NCBI GenBank assembly: GCA_964607485.1
Contig: CAZSKP010000016.1
Coordinates: 1-64,000 of the forward strand
Length of the DNA stretch: 64,000 bases
DNA from: an uncultured bacterium
GTDB lineage: Bacteria; Abyssobacteria; SURF-5
Direction of reading: 5' to 3'
This document shows, piece by piece, positions 28,276 through 37,780 of the stretch; the stretch's first letter is position 1; each line of letters begins with the position of its first letter. Under the pieces are notes generated by a model. The model was not told the origin of the DNA and ran no database searches. It saw only the letters and a list, made by a program, of their open reading frames with translations. The translations under genes were made by a program, and so were the position numbers.

Positions 28276-29559
28276 TTACCTTTTTGCCTCCGGCCCGCCT
28301 CTGCCGGCAAGGGGACTGAGTTTGAACTTCAGTCGCGTGACGGCGCGCTCGGTCGCCTCGAGGATCGTCACCTCGAAGTCGTCGTACTGAAAGCTTTCGC
28401 CCTTTCTGGGAATTCTTCCGAGCTGCTCGAAGATGAACCCCCCCATCGTCTCGTATTCGCCCCTGGGCAGCGTGATGCCCAGCAGTTCTTCGGCCTCATC
28501 CCTGTGCATTCTCGCGTCGAGCACGAACAGGCCTTCGCCGAGGTTGGTGACGGGCGGCTTCTCTTCATCGTATTCATCGTGTATCTCGCCGAAAATTTCT
28601 TCGATGAGGTCCTCAAGCGTGACGAGACCCGCCGTTCCGCCGTACTCGTCCACGACGATGGCCATGAACATCTGTTTCTGCCTGAAATCGTGCAGGAGGT
28701 CAAGAACCTTCTTCGATTCGGGAATGAAGGCGACGGGCCTGATGAATTCCCTGATCGACTCTCCCTCGGTCGGCTTGCCCGCGCGCATGAGGTCGAATAT
28801 ATAGATGATTCCCAGGATTTCGTCAACCTTTTCGTGGTACACGGGCAGGCGGGAGTGGCCATGCCTTTCGAAAATCTCGAACACCTCTTCCCACGTGGAG
28901 TCATCCCTCACGGCCACCATGTCGATGCGCGGCACGATTATCTCTCGCACCGTGGTCATGCCGAAATCGATGACCCCCTTTATCATCTCCCGCTCCTCTT
29001 CCTCGATGACGCCGTGCTCCTCTCCCTCGATGAACATCAGGCGAACGTCCTCTCGGCTGATAAACGGAGAATGCTTTTCGACGCCTCCGAAGAGTGAGGT
29101 CAGCCGATTCGTCGCCTGCCTGAGCGCTGCCACGACCGGCGAAAAGAACACCACCACCGCCTGTAACGGACGCGCGAAGGTGGGCGAGAGCGTGTCGGCC
29201 TTGTGCCGGAAGACCGCCTTGGGAAGTATCTCGCCGAACACGAGGACCAGCGGCGTGAGCACCAGCGTCGTCATGAACTCGGCACGCGTGATTCCCCAGA
29301 CGCCCCGGGCCCATATGAGGAATATCATTGTCGCGGTCACGTTGACAAGATTGTTCCCCACCAGAATCGTGGCGAGCAGCTGTTCCGGTCTGCGGAGGAG
29401 ATTGCTCAGGATGGCGGCGCGGCCGTCGCCTTGCTCCTCTTTCTGCCTGAGTGTGATGCGATTCAGCGAGATCAGGCCCGTTTCCGCGCCGGAAAAGCAG
29501 GCCGACATGAGAAGAGCCGCGAGCAACCCGACGAGGAGCACGGTATCCGCGAGAGGCAT
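28276..29559 (-). CDS. Hemolysin/CNNM (DUF21-CBS-CorC) family protein
   Basis: FSGAETG, GEILPK, HSRLPV, VDEYGGTAGLVTLEDLIEE. Confidence 0.93.
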   Translation of the reverse strand: MPLADTVLLVGLLAALLMSACFSGAETGLISLNRITLRQKEEQGDGRAAILSNLLRRPEQLLATILVGNNLVNVTATMIFLIWARGVWGITRAEFMTTLVLTPLVLVFGEILPKAVFRHKADTLSPTFARPLQAVVVFFSPVVAALRQATNRLTSLFGGVEKHSPFISREDVRLMFIEGEEHGVIEEEEREMIKGVIDFGMTTVREIIVPRIDMVAVRDDSTWEEVFEIFERHGHSRLPVYHEKVDEILGIIYIFDLMRAGKPTEGESIREFIRPVAFIPESKKVLDLLHDFRQKQMFMAIVVDEYGGTAGLVTLEDLIEEIFGEIHDEYDEEKPPVTNLGEGLFVLDARMHRDEAEELLGITLPRGEYETMGGFIFEQLGRIPRKGESFQYDDFEVTILEATERAVTRLKFKLSPLAGRGGPEAKR

Positions 29560-30863
29560 CAGGACGTCACCTCCTCGCCGCTTTCCCGGCCGTGTTCGGA
29601 GGCGGGCGAAACTCGCACGGTGCGGATGCGTCGCTTCTTGATGTCTTCGACCAGGAACCTGAAGCCCGCCTGTTCCACGAATTCGCCCTGGGCCGGCACG
29701 TGCTCCAACAGCTCGTACACGAGGCCTCCGACCGTCTCGCAGTCCCGCCCCCTGACGCTCGCGCCCAAGATCCTGGACAGGTCGTCCAGCCGCAGCCTCG
29801 CATCCACCCGCAGCGTGCCGTCGGGCAATCGTTCGAGCTCGCTCTTCCTCACGTCGTACTCATCGAATATCTCGCCGACGACTTCCTCGACAAGGTCTTC
29901 GAGCGTCACGATTCCCGAGGTGCCGCCATGTTCGTCCACCACGATCGCCATGTGTATGCGGCCGCTCTGAAACTCCCTCAGCAGGTCGCGCACCTTCTTT
30001 GTTTCTGGCACATAGTATGCGGGTCGGATGAACAGCGAGATGGGAATCATGGTCCGTCCCCGCCGGAAATACGGGAAGAGGTCCTTTGCGTACACGATTC
30101 CCCTGATGTCGTCCACCGTCTTGCCGAACACGGGGAACCGCGAATGACCGGTCTGTTTCATTATGTCCGTGAGCTGTTCTATCGTGATGTCGAACTTCAC
30201 GCGCACCATGTCCGTCCGGGGAATGTAAACGTCCCGAACGAGCGTGTCGCCGAACTCGAAAATCCTGTGGATCATCAGGCGCTCGGTCGATTTCAGGACC
30301 CCCTCTTCCTCTCCCATGGCAACGAGCGTCTTCAGCCCTTCCTCCGTGACGACGGTCCCGTCTCCTTCCTGGCGCACGCCGAGCAGGCGAAGGACCGAAT
30401 CGGTCAGAAGCAGAATCACCCGAAGCAGCGGAAATACGGCCTTGGAGAAAAGGCCCAGAGGAATTGCCACGCCGAGGGCAAAGCGTTCCGGATTATTTAT
30501 CGCGAGCGTCTTGGGCGCGATTTCGGCCAACAGGAGCAGAATGGCCGTGGTGAGCACTATGGCGGCGACGCTCCCCAGGTAGAGCGAGTAACGAAACGGC
30601 TCGAACATCCGCAGCACCCATGAGCCGATAATGGCGGAGATGAGGATGTTTGCGGTCAGGTTGCCGATGAGTATCGTCACGAGCAGCCGGTTGGGCTCCT
30701 CGAGGAGGCTTGCCACCTGCTTGCCTCTCGCCGAAGTCTGCCTGAGCCTCTCGACAACGACGCGCGGGAGTGAGAAGAGCGCCGTCTCGGAGCCGGAGAA
30801 AAAAAACGAGAGGGAGAGGAGAAACAGAAGCAGGATGGCGTGTTCCAGGAACAGGGTTTCCAA
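29559..30863 (-). CDS. Hemolysin/CNNM (DUF21-CBS-CorC) family protein, tandem paralog
   Basis: FSGSETALFSL, EIAPK, HSRFPV, VDEHGGTSGIVTLEDLVEE. Confidence 0.93.
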   Translation of the reverse strand: METLFLEHAILLLFLLSLSFFFSGSETALFSLPRVVVERLRQTSARGKQVASLLEEPNRLLVTILIGNLTANILISAIIGSWVLRMFEPFRYSLYLGSVAAIVLTTAILLLLAEIAPKTLAINNPERFALGVAIPLGLFSKAVFPLLRVILLLTDSVLRLLGVRQEGDGTVVTEEGLKTLVAMGEEEGVLKSTERLMIHRIFEFGDTLVRDVYIPRTDMVRVKFDITIEQLTDIMKQTGHSRFPVFGKTVDDIRGIVYAKDLFPYFRRGRTMIPISLFIRPAYYVPETKKVRDLLREFQSGRIHMAIVVDEHGGTSGIVTLEDLVEEVVGEIFDEYDVRKSELERLPDGTLRVDARLRLDDLSRILGASVRGRDCETVGGLVYELLEHVPAQGEFVEQAGFRFLVEDIKKRRIRTVRVSPASEHGRESGEEVTS

Positions 30864-30876
30864 AATGCCTCAGCCC

Positions 30877-31329
30877 TTACGGACCTTCACCTCCGGATTT
30901 GCGCGCGCCTTTCAGATATTTCCGCGTGAGCCTCCGCATGAGGGCGCGGCCCGAAGCAGTCTCGTCCTCGTGGCCGAGCAGGTGAAGCGTTCCGTGGACC
31001 GCAAGCAGCCCGAGCTCGTCCTCCAGCCCGTGGCCGGCGCGCCCGGCCTGGCTCTCCGCCCTATCCGCGGAGATAACGACGTCGCCGAGAAGCTCGGGGT
31101 GAAGATGCGCAGACTCACCCTCGGCCATGGCGAACGCGAGCACGTCGGTCGCCGAATCGACTCCGCGGTACGTTCGGTTGAGCTCGCGGATGCGCGCGTC
31201 GTTGACGATGAGCACGCTGACTTCGGCGTCGACTCTTTTTTCGCCCTCGAGCGTTCTCTCAATTGCTTCGCGGATTGGTGCGAGGCTTATTCGCGGCCTT
31301 CGCACCGACTTTCGTATCAGCACCTTCAA
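30877..31329 (-). CDS. ybeY: rRNA maturation RNase YbeY
   Basis: LNRTYRG.D.ATDVLAF, LGDVVIS, HGTLHLLGH. Confidence 0.93.
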   Translation of the reverse strand: MKVLIRKSVRRPRISLAPIREAIERTLEGEKRVDAEVSVLIVNDARIRELNRTYRGVDSATDVLAFAMAEGESAHLHPELLGDVVISADRAESQAGRAGHGLEDELGLLAVHGTLHLLGHEDETASGRALMRRLTRKYLKGARKSGGEGP

Positions 31330-33547
31330 ATTTTTCTTTAATTTCGGGAATCGTCTGTTCCTCGGGGTATTCGACGCGCGAGTGGAGATAGCCCGCCAGC
31401 ACCCTGACGAAGCTTTCGGCTATCTTGTGCAGGTTCTTGAGCGTGAGATCGCATTCGTCCAACTGAGAGTCGACGAACTTGTTGTTGATTATCTTCTCGA
31501 CCAGTCCCTTGATGCGGCCGTGCGTGGGGTTGACGAGCGTTCGCGACGCCGCCTCGACGCCGTCGGCCAGCATGCAGATGGCCGCCTCGCGGGATTGCGG
31601 CTTGGGCCCGGGATACCGAAAGTTTTCCTCCTTCACAGAGTGGGTCGGGTCCTGCTCGAGCGCCTTCTGGTAGAAGTACGGCATGAGGCTGGTGCCGTGG
31701 TGCTGCTGTATGAACTCTATTATCGGCTGGTTGAGCCGGTGTTCGCGCGCCAGCTCGACGCCCTCCTTGACGTGTGCAATCAGCACCAACGCGCTCATGC
31801 TGGGCGTGAGCTCGTCGTGCTTGTTCTTGCCGCCGCCCTGATTTTCGCTGAAATACAGAGGCTTGTTCATCTTTCCGACGTCGTGGTAATAGGAGCCCAC
31901 CCTCGCCAGAAGGCTGTTGGCGCCTATCTGTTCGGCCGCCGCCTCGGCCATATTGCCGACCATCAGGCTGTGGTGGTACGTGCCGGGGGCTTGCATGACC
32001 AGCCGCTTCAGCAGCGGATGGTTGAGGTCCGACAGCTCCAGCAGGCGAATGTTGGTCGCTATTCCGAGCAGGCTCTCGAGCGGAATAAGAGAGCCGGGGA
32101 CGATTCCGATTGCCGTGATCAGCCCGTTCAAGGTTCCCGCAATTATCGCCGAAGCGAAGTCCTCACCCATATCGCCGATGAAATTCAGGGCGACGATGGT
32201 GACGATGTTGACGCCCGACACGACGATGCCGGGCCAGAAGATGTCGCTCCGCTTGCGGATTGTCTTCATGTAGTAAATGCCCGCCAGGCTGCCCAGCGTC
32301 CCCATCACAAACAGGTCGAACCGATTGTTGCCCTGCACGGCATACAGCAGGCTGATGAAGAAGGCATAGATGAGCGCGAGCCGGTCATCGACCAGTGTCG
32401 AGAGCAGGATGCCCCCGGCCGCGACGGGCACCAGGTAGAGCCACACGTCGGGTATCGGCAGGAGGATGAGAAGCCTGCCGGTCGCGAGCGTCAGGAACGC
32501 CAGGATGGCGATTAGCAGGAGCGCCCTGTTGTTCCGATAAATCTCCTGGCGGTAGCGGTAGAGGTAGAACAGGAAGCAGACGAACACCATCGCGAGCAGG
32601 ATGGCGTTGCCCAGGTAGATCTGAAACCGGTTCGCCCTGCTCAGGGCATGCGCGTGCGCCCGGAGCTCCTCCAGGTCCTGCTTCGTGACCTTGTGGCCCG
32701 CCTGCACGATCTCCTGATTCTTGCTGAACGTCTTCATGACGGGCGGCGTGAGTTTTCGCTGCTCCTCTTGCGCGAGCTCGGTGAGTTTTTCATCGAATAT
32801 GAGTGTGCTCCGCATGAACGGAGCCGACAATTCCACGAGGGCGCGTCGAAGGTCGGGGGCGTTGGGAAACTTCTTGGCGGCCGCCTCTTCGAGCGCGGCG
32901 GGCGCTTTCTTTAGCGTCAACACCCCGTCCACCGCCACCGTGTGCTCCTGCCGGCTGTCCTTGTCGTGCACGATAATTTCCTTCGCGCTGCCGGGCACGT
33001 CGCTCAGAACGCCCTTGTTCAACACTTCCCGGATTGTCTCGAGCGACGCCCCGCGCAGGGAGTCGAGCCCCTGCTGATCGAGCCCCGCAAGGAGGTTGAG
33101 AGTCTTTTCGGAGGTGGAGGTGGGCAAGTATTTAGAGATGAGAGCGATTCGCTCCTCGGGGGAGAACACGGGGTTGAGCGCGTCCTGTCCTATCTTGTCG
33201 AACAGGTTCTCCGCATCGGCGACAGCAGAGCGGACGAGTTCCTTATCGAGCACGTAAACGGGCGGAGTGAGGCTTGCCGCTCTGTCCCGAGCGAGTCTTG
33301 TGGCTTCGAGGTCGGTGACCTCGAACTTTACCTCGGCAAGGATGGATTTCTCGGGGAAATCGCCCTCTTTGAATCTCACCCAGGGCAGCACCAGCGGAGG
33401 CGAGATGAGGTACAGGGTCACGAAAAACAGGAGAACGATGATGAGGTTGTTCAGCGTGAGGATGCTCTTAGGCTGCACCTTGGGAATCCGGTCTTCGAGT
33501 CCGGGCCTCGACGTCTTCTTCTTCGGCCTTTGAACGTGGTTGACCAT
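31259..33547 (-). CDS. pgpH: 7TM-HDIG phosphohydrolase (PgpH-like cyclic-di-AMP phosphodiesterase)
   Basis: Extracytoplasmic domain, TM block, APGTYHHS, YYHDVGK, QHHGTS, ADGVEAA. Confidence 0.9.
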   Translation of the reverse strand: MVNHVQRPKKKTSRPGLEDRIPKVQPKSILTLNNLIIVLLFFVTLYLISPPLVLPWVRFKEGDFPEKSILAEVKFEVTDLEATRLARDRAASLTPPVYVLDKELVRSAVADAENLFDKIGQDALNPVFSPEERIALISKYLPTSTSEKTLNLLAGLDQQGLDSLRGASLETIREVLNKGVLSDVPGSAKEIIVHDKDSRQEHTVAVDGVLTLKKAPAALEEAAAKKFPNAPDLRRALVELSAPFMRSTLIFDEKLTELAQEEQRKLTPPVMKTFSKNQEIVQAGHKVTKQDLEELRAHAHALSRANRFQIYLGNAILLAMVFVCFLFYLYRYRQEIYRNNRALLLIAILAFLTLATGRLLILLPIPDVWLYLVPVAAGGILLSTLVDDRLALIYAFFISLLYAVQGNNRFDLFVMGTLGSLAGIYYMKTIRKRSDIFWPGIVVSGVNIVTIVALNFIGDMGEDFASAIIAGTLNGLITAIGIVPGSLIPLESLLGIATNIRLLELSDLNHPLLKRLVMQAPGTYHHSLMVGNMAEAAAEQIGANSLLARVGSYYHDVGKMNKPLYFSENQGGGKNKHDELTPSMSALVLIAHVKEGVELAREHRLNQPIIEFIQQHHGTSLMPYFYQKALEQDPTHSVKEENFRYPGPKPQSREAAICMLADGVEAASRTLVNPTHGRIKGLVEKIINNKFVDSQLDECDLTLKNLHKIAESFVRVLAGYLHSRVEYPEEQTIPEIKEKFEGADTKVGAKAANKPRTNPRSN

Positions 33548-33550
33548 CGT

Positions 33551-34525
33551 TCATTCTCCTCCGCGCGAGGCCGACTCGTGACGCTCGTAGGCGTCCACGA
33601 TCTTCGCGACGACCGGATGCCGGAATATGTCGCGGCTGGTGAAATACACGAACCGAATTCCCTCTATCTCGCTCAAAAGCTGTTGCGCCTCTACGAGTCC
33701 GGAGGCTTTTCCCGTCGGGAGGTCGATCTGCGTGACGTCGCCCGTGATTATCACCTTCGAGTCGTGTCCCAGACGCGTCAGGAACATTTTCATTTGCTCG
33801 TGGGTCGTGTTCTGCGCTTCATCGAGAATCACGAAACAGTGGTTGAGCGTGCGCCCGCGCATGTAGGCGAGTGGCGCCACCTCGATCTGGCCGCGGCTTA
33901 AGAGCCGGCTGATCGTTTCGGCCTCCATCATATCGTACAGGGCGTCGTAAAGTGGTCGCAGATAAGGGTTCACCTTCTCCTGCAGGTCGCCGGGAAGGAA
34001 TCCGAGCTTCTCGCCCGCCTCGACGGCGGGCCGCGTGAAGATCATCCGGCCATACTCGCGCTTGATGAACGAAGATACCGCCATCGCGACGGCCAGGTAG
34101 GTTTTGCCCGTTCCTGCGGGCCCGATTCCGAACACGACGTCGCACGCCCGGATGGCCTCGACGTACTCGCACTGGCCCTTGCTCTTCGGCCGGATGGGCG
34201 CGCAGCCGCTCGACACAGGAATCGTTTCGCCGATGGTGCCCGATAGGGACGGTTGAGAGCTGTCGGCTGCCGCCTTGAGAGCGTACTTGAAGTCTTCCGT
34301 GTTCACCGGATCACCGCGGCGCACTATCTGGAGCACTTCTCCCAGAAGCTTGTGGACGGTTTCGACATCCTCGTTCGAGCCGCTCACCAGGACCTTTTCA
34401 CCCCGGTCCACTATTTTCACGGGATACCGCTTCTGAACGAGCCTGATATGCTCGTGATTTTTCCCCAGAAGCCTTATGGCCTCGTTCTTGTCACGCAGAA
34501 CAATCTGTTTGGACGCATTGCCCAT
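33551..34525 (-). CDS. phoH: PhoH-family ATPase
   Basis: GPAGTGKT, RPAVEAGEKLGFLPG, LAYMRGRT, LDEAQN. Confidence 0.95.
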   Translation of the reverse strand: MGNASKQIVLRDKNEAIRLLGKNHEHIRLVQKRYPVKIVDRGEKVLVSGSNEDVETVHKLLGEVLQIVRRGDPVNTEDFKYALKAAADSSQPSLSGTIGETIPVSSGCAPIRPKSKGQCEYVEAIRACDVVFGIGPAGTGKTYLAVAMAVSSFIKREYGRMIFTRPAVEAGEKLGFLPGDLQEKVNPYLRPLYDALYDMMEAETISRLLSRGQIEVAPLAYMRGRTLNHCFVILDEAQNTTHEQMKMFLTRLGHDSKVIITGDVTQIDLPTGKASGLVEAQQLLSEIEGIRFVYFTSRDIFRHPVVAKIVDAYERHESASRGGE

Positions 34526-34790
34526 ATAAGATTAGTCTGGCCCGCCCGGCCAAAGCCGGGCGAACCGAAAGATTGCCTTCCTCCCATCTGTCTTTATCCC
34601 TCATTCAACACAGTAGCGCGCCCCCGCGCCCTCGGGTGTTTCCTTTCACCCGGCGGGGCGATGAGGACTCGCCAAAACGCTCAGGGGACTGCCCCGAGAT
34701 TGCGAACCGACGGCTTCATCTGCGCAAATTCGGGACTGTCCCCATATCCTGAGGGAGAACTGAGAAAAAAGTTCCCGTCTCCTGAACCGG

Positions 34791-35210
34791 TTACTCTCCC
34801 AAGCTGTTCGGCTTGAATATGGCGTCAAGTTTCCTGTTCAAAGAGTATATGGTCTGGTTCGCGTCGAGCAGCGACCGTTGCAGCTTAATCACTTCGAGGC
34901 GAAGCCAGTCGTTTTCTTGCTTCAGCATATCGTTTTCCCACCGCATCCGTTCAAGCTCGTCCTCAGTGTCTTCGGCGTTTCGTTTGGCATACTTTCTTCC
35001 GGACGAAGCCGAACTCTCGGACGCAGTGTTCGGCGCGGCCGCCGGGCCGGCATACGATTCCGCACCCGTCGAAATGGTCTCCTTCCCCGACCCCAGCGAG
35101 GCATTGTGGGCGCACGATACGGCGGTAAAGAGCACAGCGACCGCCAAAATCAATGGGCTCCCACAAAAAAATAGCGCCCACTTCCGGGCAACCGGCCATT
35201 TCCGATGCAA
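34791..35210 (-). CDS. Hypothetical lipoprotein with C-terminal coiled coil
   Basis: Lipobox-like AVSC; heptad Leu pattern; start uncertain. Confidence 0.6.
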   Translation of the reverse strand: MHRKWPVARKWALFFCGSPLILAVAVLFTAVSCAHNASLGSGKETISTGAESYAGPAAAPNTASESSASSGRKYAKRNAEDTEDELERMRWENDMLKQENDWLRLEVIKLQRSLLDANQTIYSLNRKLDAIFKPNSLGE

Positions 35211-35434
35211 CGTTCGCTTCTCCCGGCAATCAGGCTGAAATTATGGCCATATCTTCAAACAAATATACCACGAACTTTCCAAGCATGTCAAATGAGAGGG
35301 CCCCTCGGAGGGGCGAATTCCCTCCTCCTCTCCGGTCAATCTCCATGCATCTTCTTTTCAGACGCTGAAGGGTGCTGTACTACCATTTGTGAAGATGAAG
35401 AATACTTGTCGCAATTTTCTTGCCGCGTCTTGTT

Positions 35435-35462
35435 GTAGGGGCGCACGGCCGTGCGCCCCTAC
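35435..35462. repeat. GTAG-type REP palindrome
   Basis: Perfect 28-nt palindrome GTAGGGGCGCACGGCCGTGCGCCCCTAC. Confidence 0.8.
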
Positions 35463-35485
35463 GGAAATATCCGCGCGGCGGTGGG

Positions 35486-35526
35486 TTATATCGGGGACAC
35501 CATGTGGCAAGGTGTCCCCGATATAA
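35486..35526. repeat. Perfect 16-bp inverted repeat, 9-nt loop
   Basis: TTATATCGGGGACACC / GGTGTCCCCGATATAA. Confidence 0.75.
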
Positions 35527-35678
35527 TCAATGATTGCGGCTGTGCTGCGCTGAGCATCTCTGCGGTCGCCGCCGGAGATTGACTTTTGTCCGCATGCTTG
35601 CTACAATGAGCTTACTTCTTCTCCCATTTACGTCGGCAGCCGGCGCACAAACTCCGGCGGCGGCGCCGAGGGAATTCC

Positions 35679-36449
35679 ATGAAGGCGGTACAGGTAGCCT
35701 CCCAACAGTTGTTCTTCGAGGATGTCCACCCTGAGAACAAGGACCCGCTGGCTACGCTCTTGCTCGTGCACGGCGCAGGGGGCAGCCACCTGAGCTGGCG
35801 GCGCCAGGTCGAAGGCATCTCGGACAAATTCCGCATAATAGCCGTTGACCTGCCGGGGCACGGGCAGTCTGAGGGAGGGGGCGAGGCCACCGTATCGGGC
35901 TATGTCCGGTACGTTGTCGGATTGATGGAATCGCTCGGGCTTCGAAACGTGATACTCGGCGGGCACTCGATGGGGGGAGCCGTGGCGCTCGAGATAGCAT
36001 TAAGAGCCCCGGCCAGAGTCGGCGGGCTGCTCCTTGTGGGGACGGGAGCTCGGCTGCGCGTGCTTCCGGCAATCTTCAACATCATTCGCCAGGATTTTGA
36101 AGTCGCGATGCAGGGGATGGCAAATTTTGTGCTCGGTTCGGATGCGTCGGCGGAGCTCGTCGATGAAGAGAAGCGACTGCTGGCAAGCAATTCGGCCGAC
36201 ATCATGCTCAAGGACTTCACGGCGTGTGATTCCTTCGATGTCATGAACGAGGTGGGCTCTGTCAAAGTGCCCACGCTGATTCTGTGCGGGAACGAGGACA
36301 GGCTCACGCCGCCGAAGTATTCGGAGTTCCTGCACGAAAAAATCCGTGGCAGCGAAATCGCTCTCTTCGACCGGTGCGGTCACATGCCGATGCTCGAACG
36401 AAGTGTCCAGTTCAACGAGCGCGTCTCATCCTTTCTGATGAGACTCTGA
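35679..36449 (+). CDS. Alpha/beta fold hydrolase
   Basis: HGAGG, DLPGHG, GHSMGG, D and GH triad residues; TTGACT-N17-TACAAT promoter at 35579-35607. Confidence 0.92.
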   Translation: MKAVQVASQQLFFEDVHPENKDPLATLLLVHGAGGSHLSWRRQVEGISDKFRIIAVDLPGHGQSEGGGEATVSGYVRYVVGLMESLGLRNVILGGHSMGGAVALEIALRAPARVGGLLLVGTGARLRVLPAIFNIIRQDFEVAMQGMANFVLGSDASAELVDEEKRLLASNSADIMLKDFTACDSFDVMNEVGSVKVPTLILCGNEDRLTPPKYSEFLHEKIRGSEIALFDRCGHMPMLERSVQFNERVSSFLMRL

Positions 36450-36461
36450 GCAGAAGAACGC

Positions 36462-37010
36462 ATGGCAACAAAGCGCCGGGTTGGCCGGATAGCCGGAATT
36501 CAATACATCGTTGACCCACTTCCGAAGGGATATGCGTATCCCTGCACCATCGAGGACATCCGCGAGAAGCTTGCCTCCCTCCCTGCGGAAATGCTCCGAA
36601 ACATCTCTGTCGTTCATTTGTGCAACCAGGTCAAGATGAATCCGGGCGTGGACGCCCACATCTACGATGGTTCGCACATCCGAATCTATCCCGTCCCCGA
36701 AAAACTCAGACGGAACTACGGCAGAAGAAGGCCCAACCCCGCCTGCGCGCAGGAACGGCTGGAGTTCGGCGCCTACTGGCAAAAGGTCGACAATCAGTGG
36801 TTCCTCTGCTGGGACAAAGACTCGCTCAGCGATTACATCTTGAACCATGTCCTGCTCCACGAGATCGGGCACAGCCTCGATGATATTCACTACGGCACAG
36901 GCAGGGGCGAGAAGCTCGCGGAGGCGTTCGCCCATCGTGTGGGCAGAAACGACGAAATCAAACGGAGGGCGAAAAAGCGCAAGAGGCGGCTGCGGCGCTA
37001 TGGCCGGTGA
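36462..37010 (+). CDS. Hypothetical zincin-like protein (HExxH)
   Basis: LLHEIGH...E..AE.FA; Arg/Lys-rich tail. Confidence 0.7.
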   Translation: MATKRRVGRIAGIQYIVDPLPKGYAYPCTIEDIREKLASLPAEMLRNISVVHLCNQVKMNPGVDAHIYDGSHIRIYPVPEKLRRNYGRRRPNPACAQERLEFGAYWQKVDNQWFLCWDKDSLSDYILNHVLLHEIGHSLDDIHYGTGRGEKLAEAFAHRVGRNDEIKRRAKKRKRRLRRYGR

Positions 37011-37081
37011 GGGAGCGGCCTCCCCTCTACCAGCCGCAATCCCGAAACATCGGAGCAGTCGGTCGGACCGGGAGGGGTGAG

Positions 37082-37693
37082 ATGCAGGGAACACGCGACC
37101 GCGCAGTGGTCAAGCAGGGTCTGAAGCTTCTGCTTGTGAGGATTATCCTCGGGGCGGCGGCGGCCGGAGCGGCCATCGCCCTGATGAGGGTCGTGAACAG
37201 GGGCGAGATTCTCGTAGCGCTCTTCGTCGGCCTCGTGCCCGGCATAGTGGACAGGTCGCTCAAGAAGCTTGTGGCCGGCGCGGTTCTCGGCTTAGTCGGC
37301 TACAACGTGGGCGCCCGCGTCGGCGTGCTCATCGCGAAGTCGGCCAGCGGAGTGCCTTTGGGCCACTGGGCGATAACCGGCGCCTTCATCGGAATGACGG
37401 CTGGCATCTCCCGCAAGCCGGGGCAATGGTTCTCGTTTCGCGTGATGGTGCGATCGTTCGGAATCGTTTACGGCTTTGTCCTCGGCCTGATATTCGGCGT
37501 GATGGGCGATATAGGGGGATTCGTTACAATCCCGGCTTACAAACTGCCTCTATTCTATTATATGAGAGAGGTCTCGCTCGTCTGCGCCGGCGTGTTCATC
37601 AACCTCGGCGTTGGCGTGGCGTGCATACTCACGGCCTCGCTCAACAACGGGCTTTGGCGCGTTGCCAGGGCCGTCGAGAAAATCGAGGCGTAA
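37082..37693 (+). CDS. Gly-rich hypothetical membrane protein
   Basis: About six TM segments; GGAGG RBS. Confidence 0.7.
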   Translation: MQGTRDRAVVKQGLKLLLVRIILGAAAAGAAIALMRVVNRGEILVALFVGLVPGIVDRSLKKLVAGAVLGLVGYNVGARVGVLIAKSASGVPLGHWAITGAFIGMTAGISRKPGQWFSFRVMVRSFGIVYGFVLGLIFGVMGDIGGFVTIPAYKLPLFYYMREVSLVCAGVFINLGVGVACILTASLNNGLWRVARAVEKIEA

Positions 37694-37780
37694 GCGGCGC
37701 GGCTGGAATGGCCGCTTCGAGATAAATGGGGCACACTTAGGAAACACATGGGGCGGGCAAACCGCCTCCAGGGGAGCACC

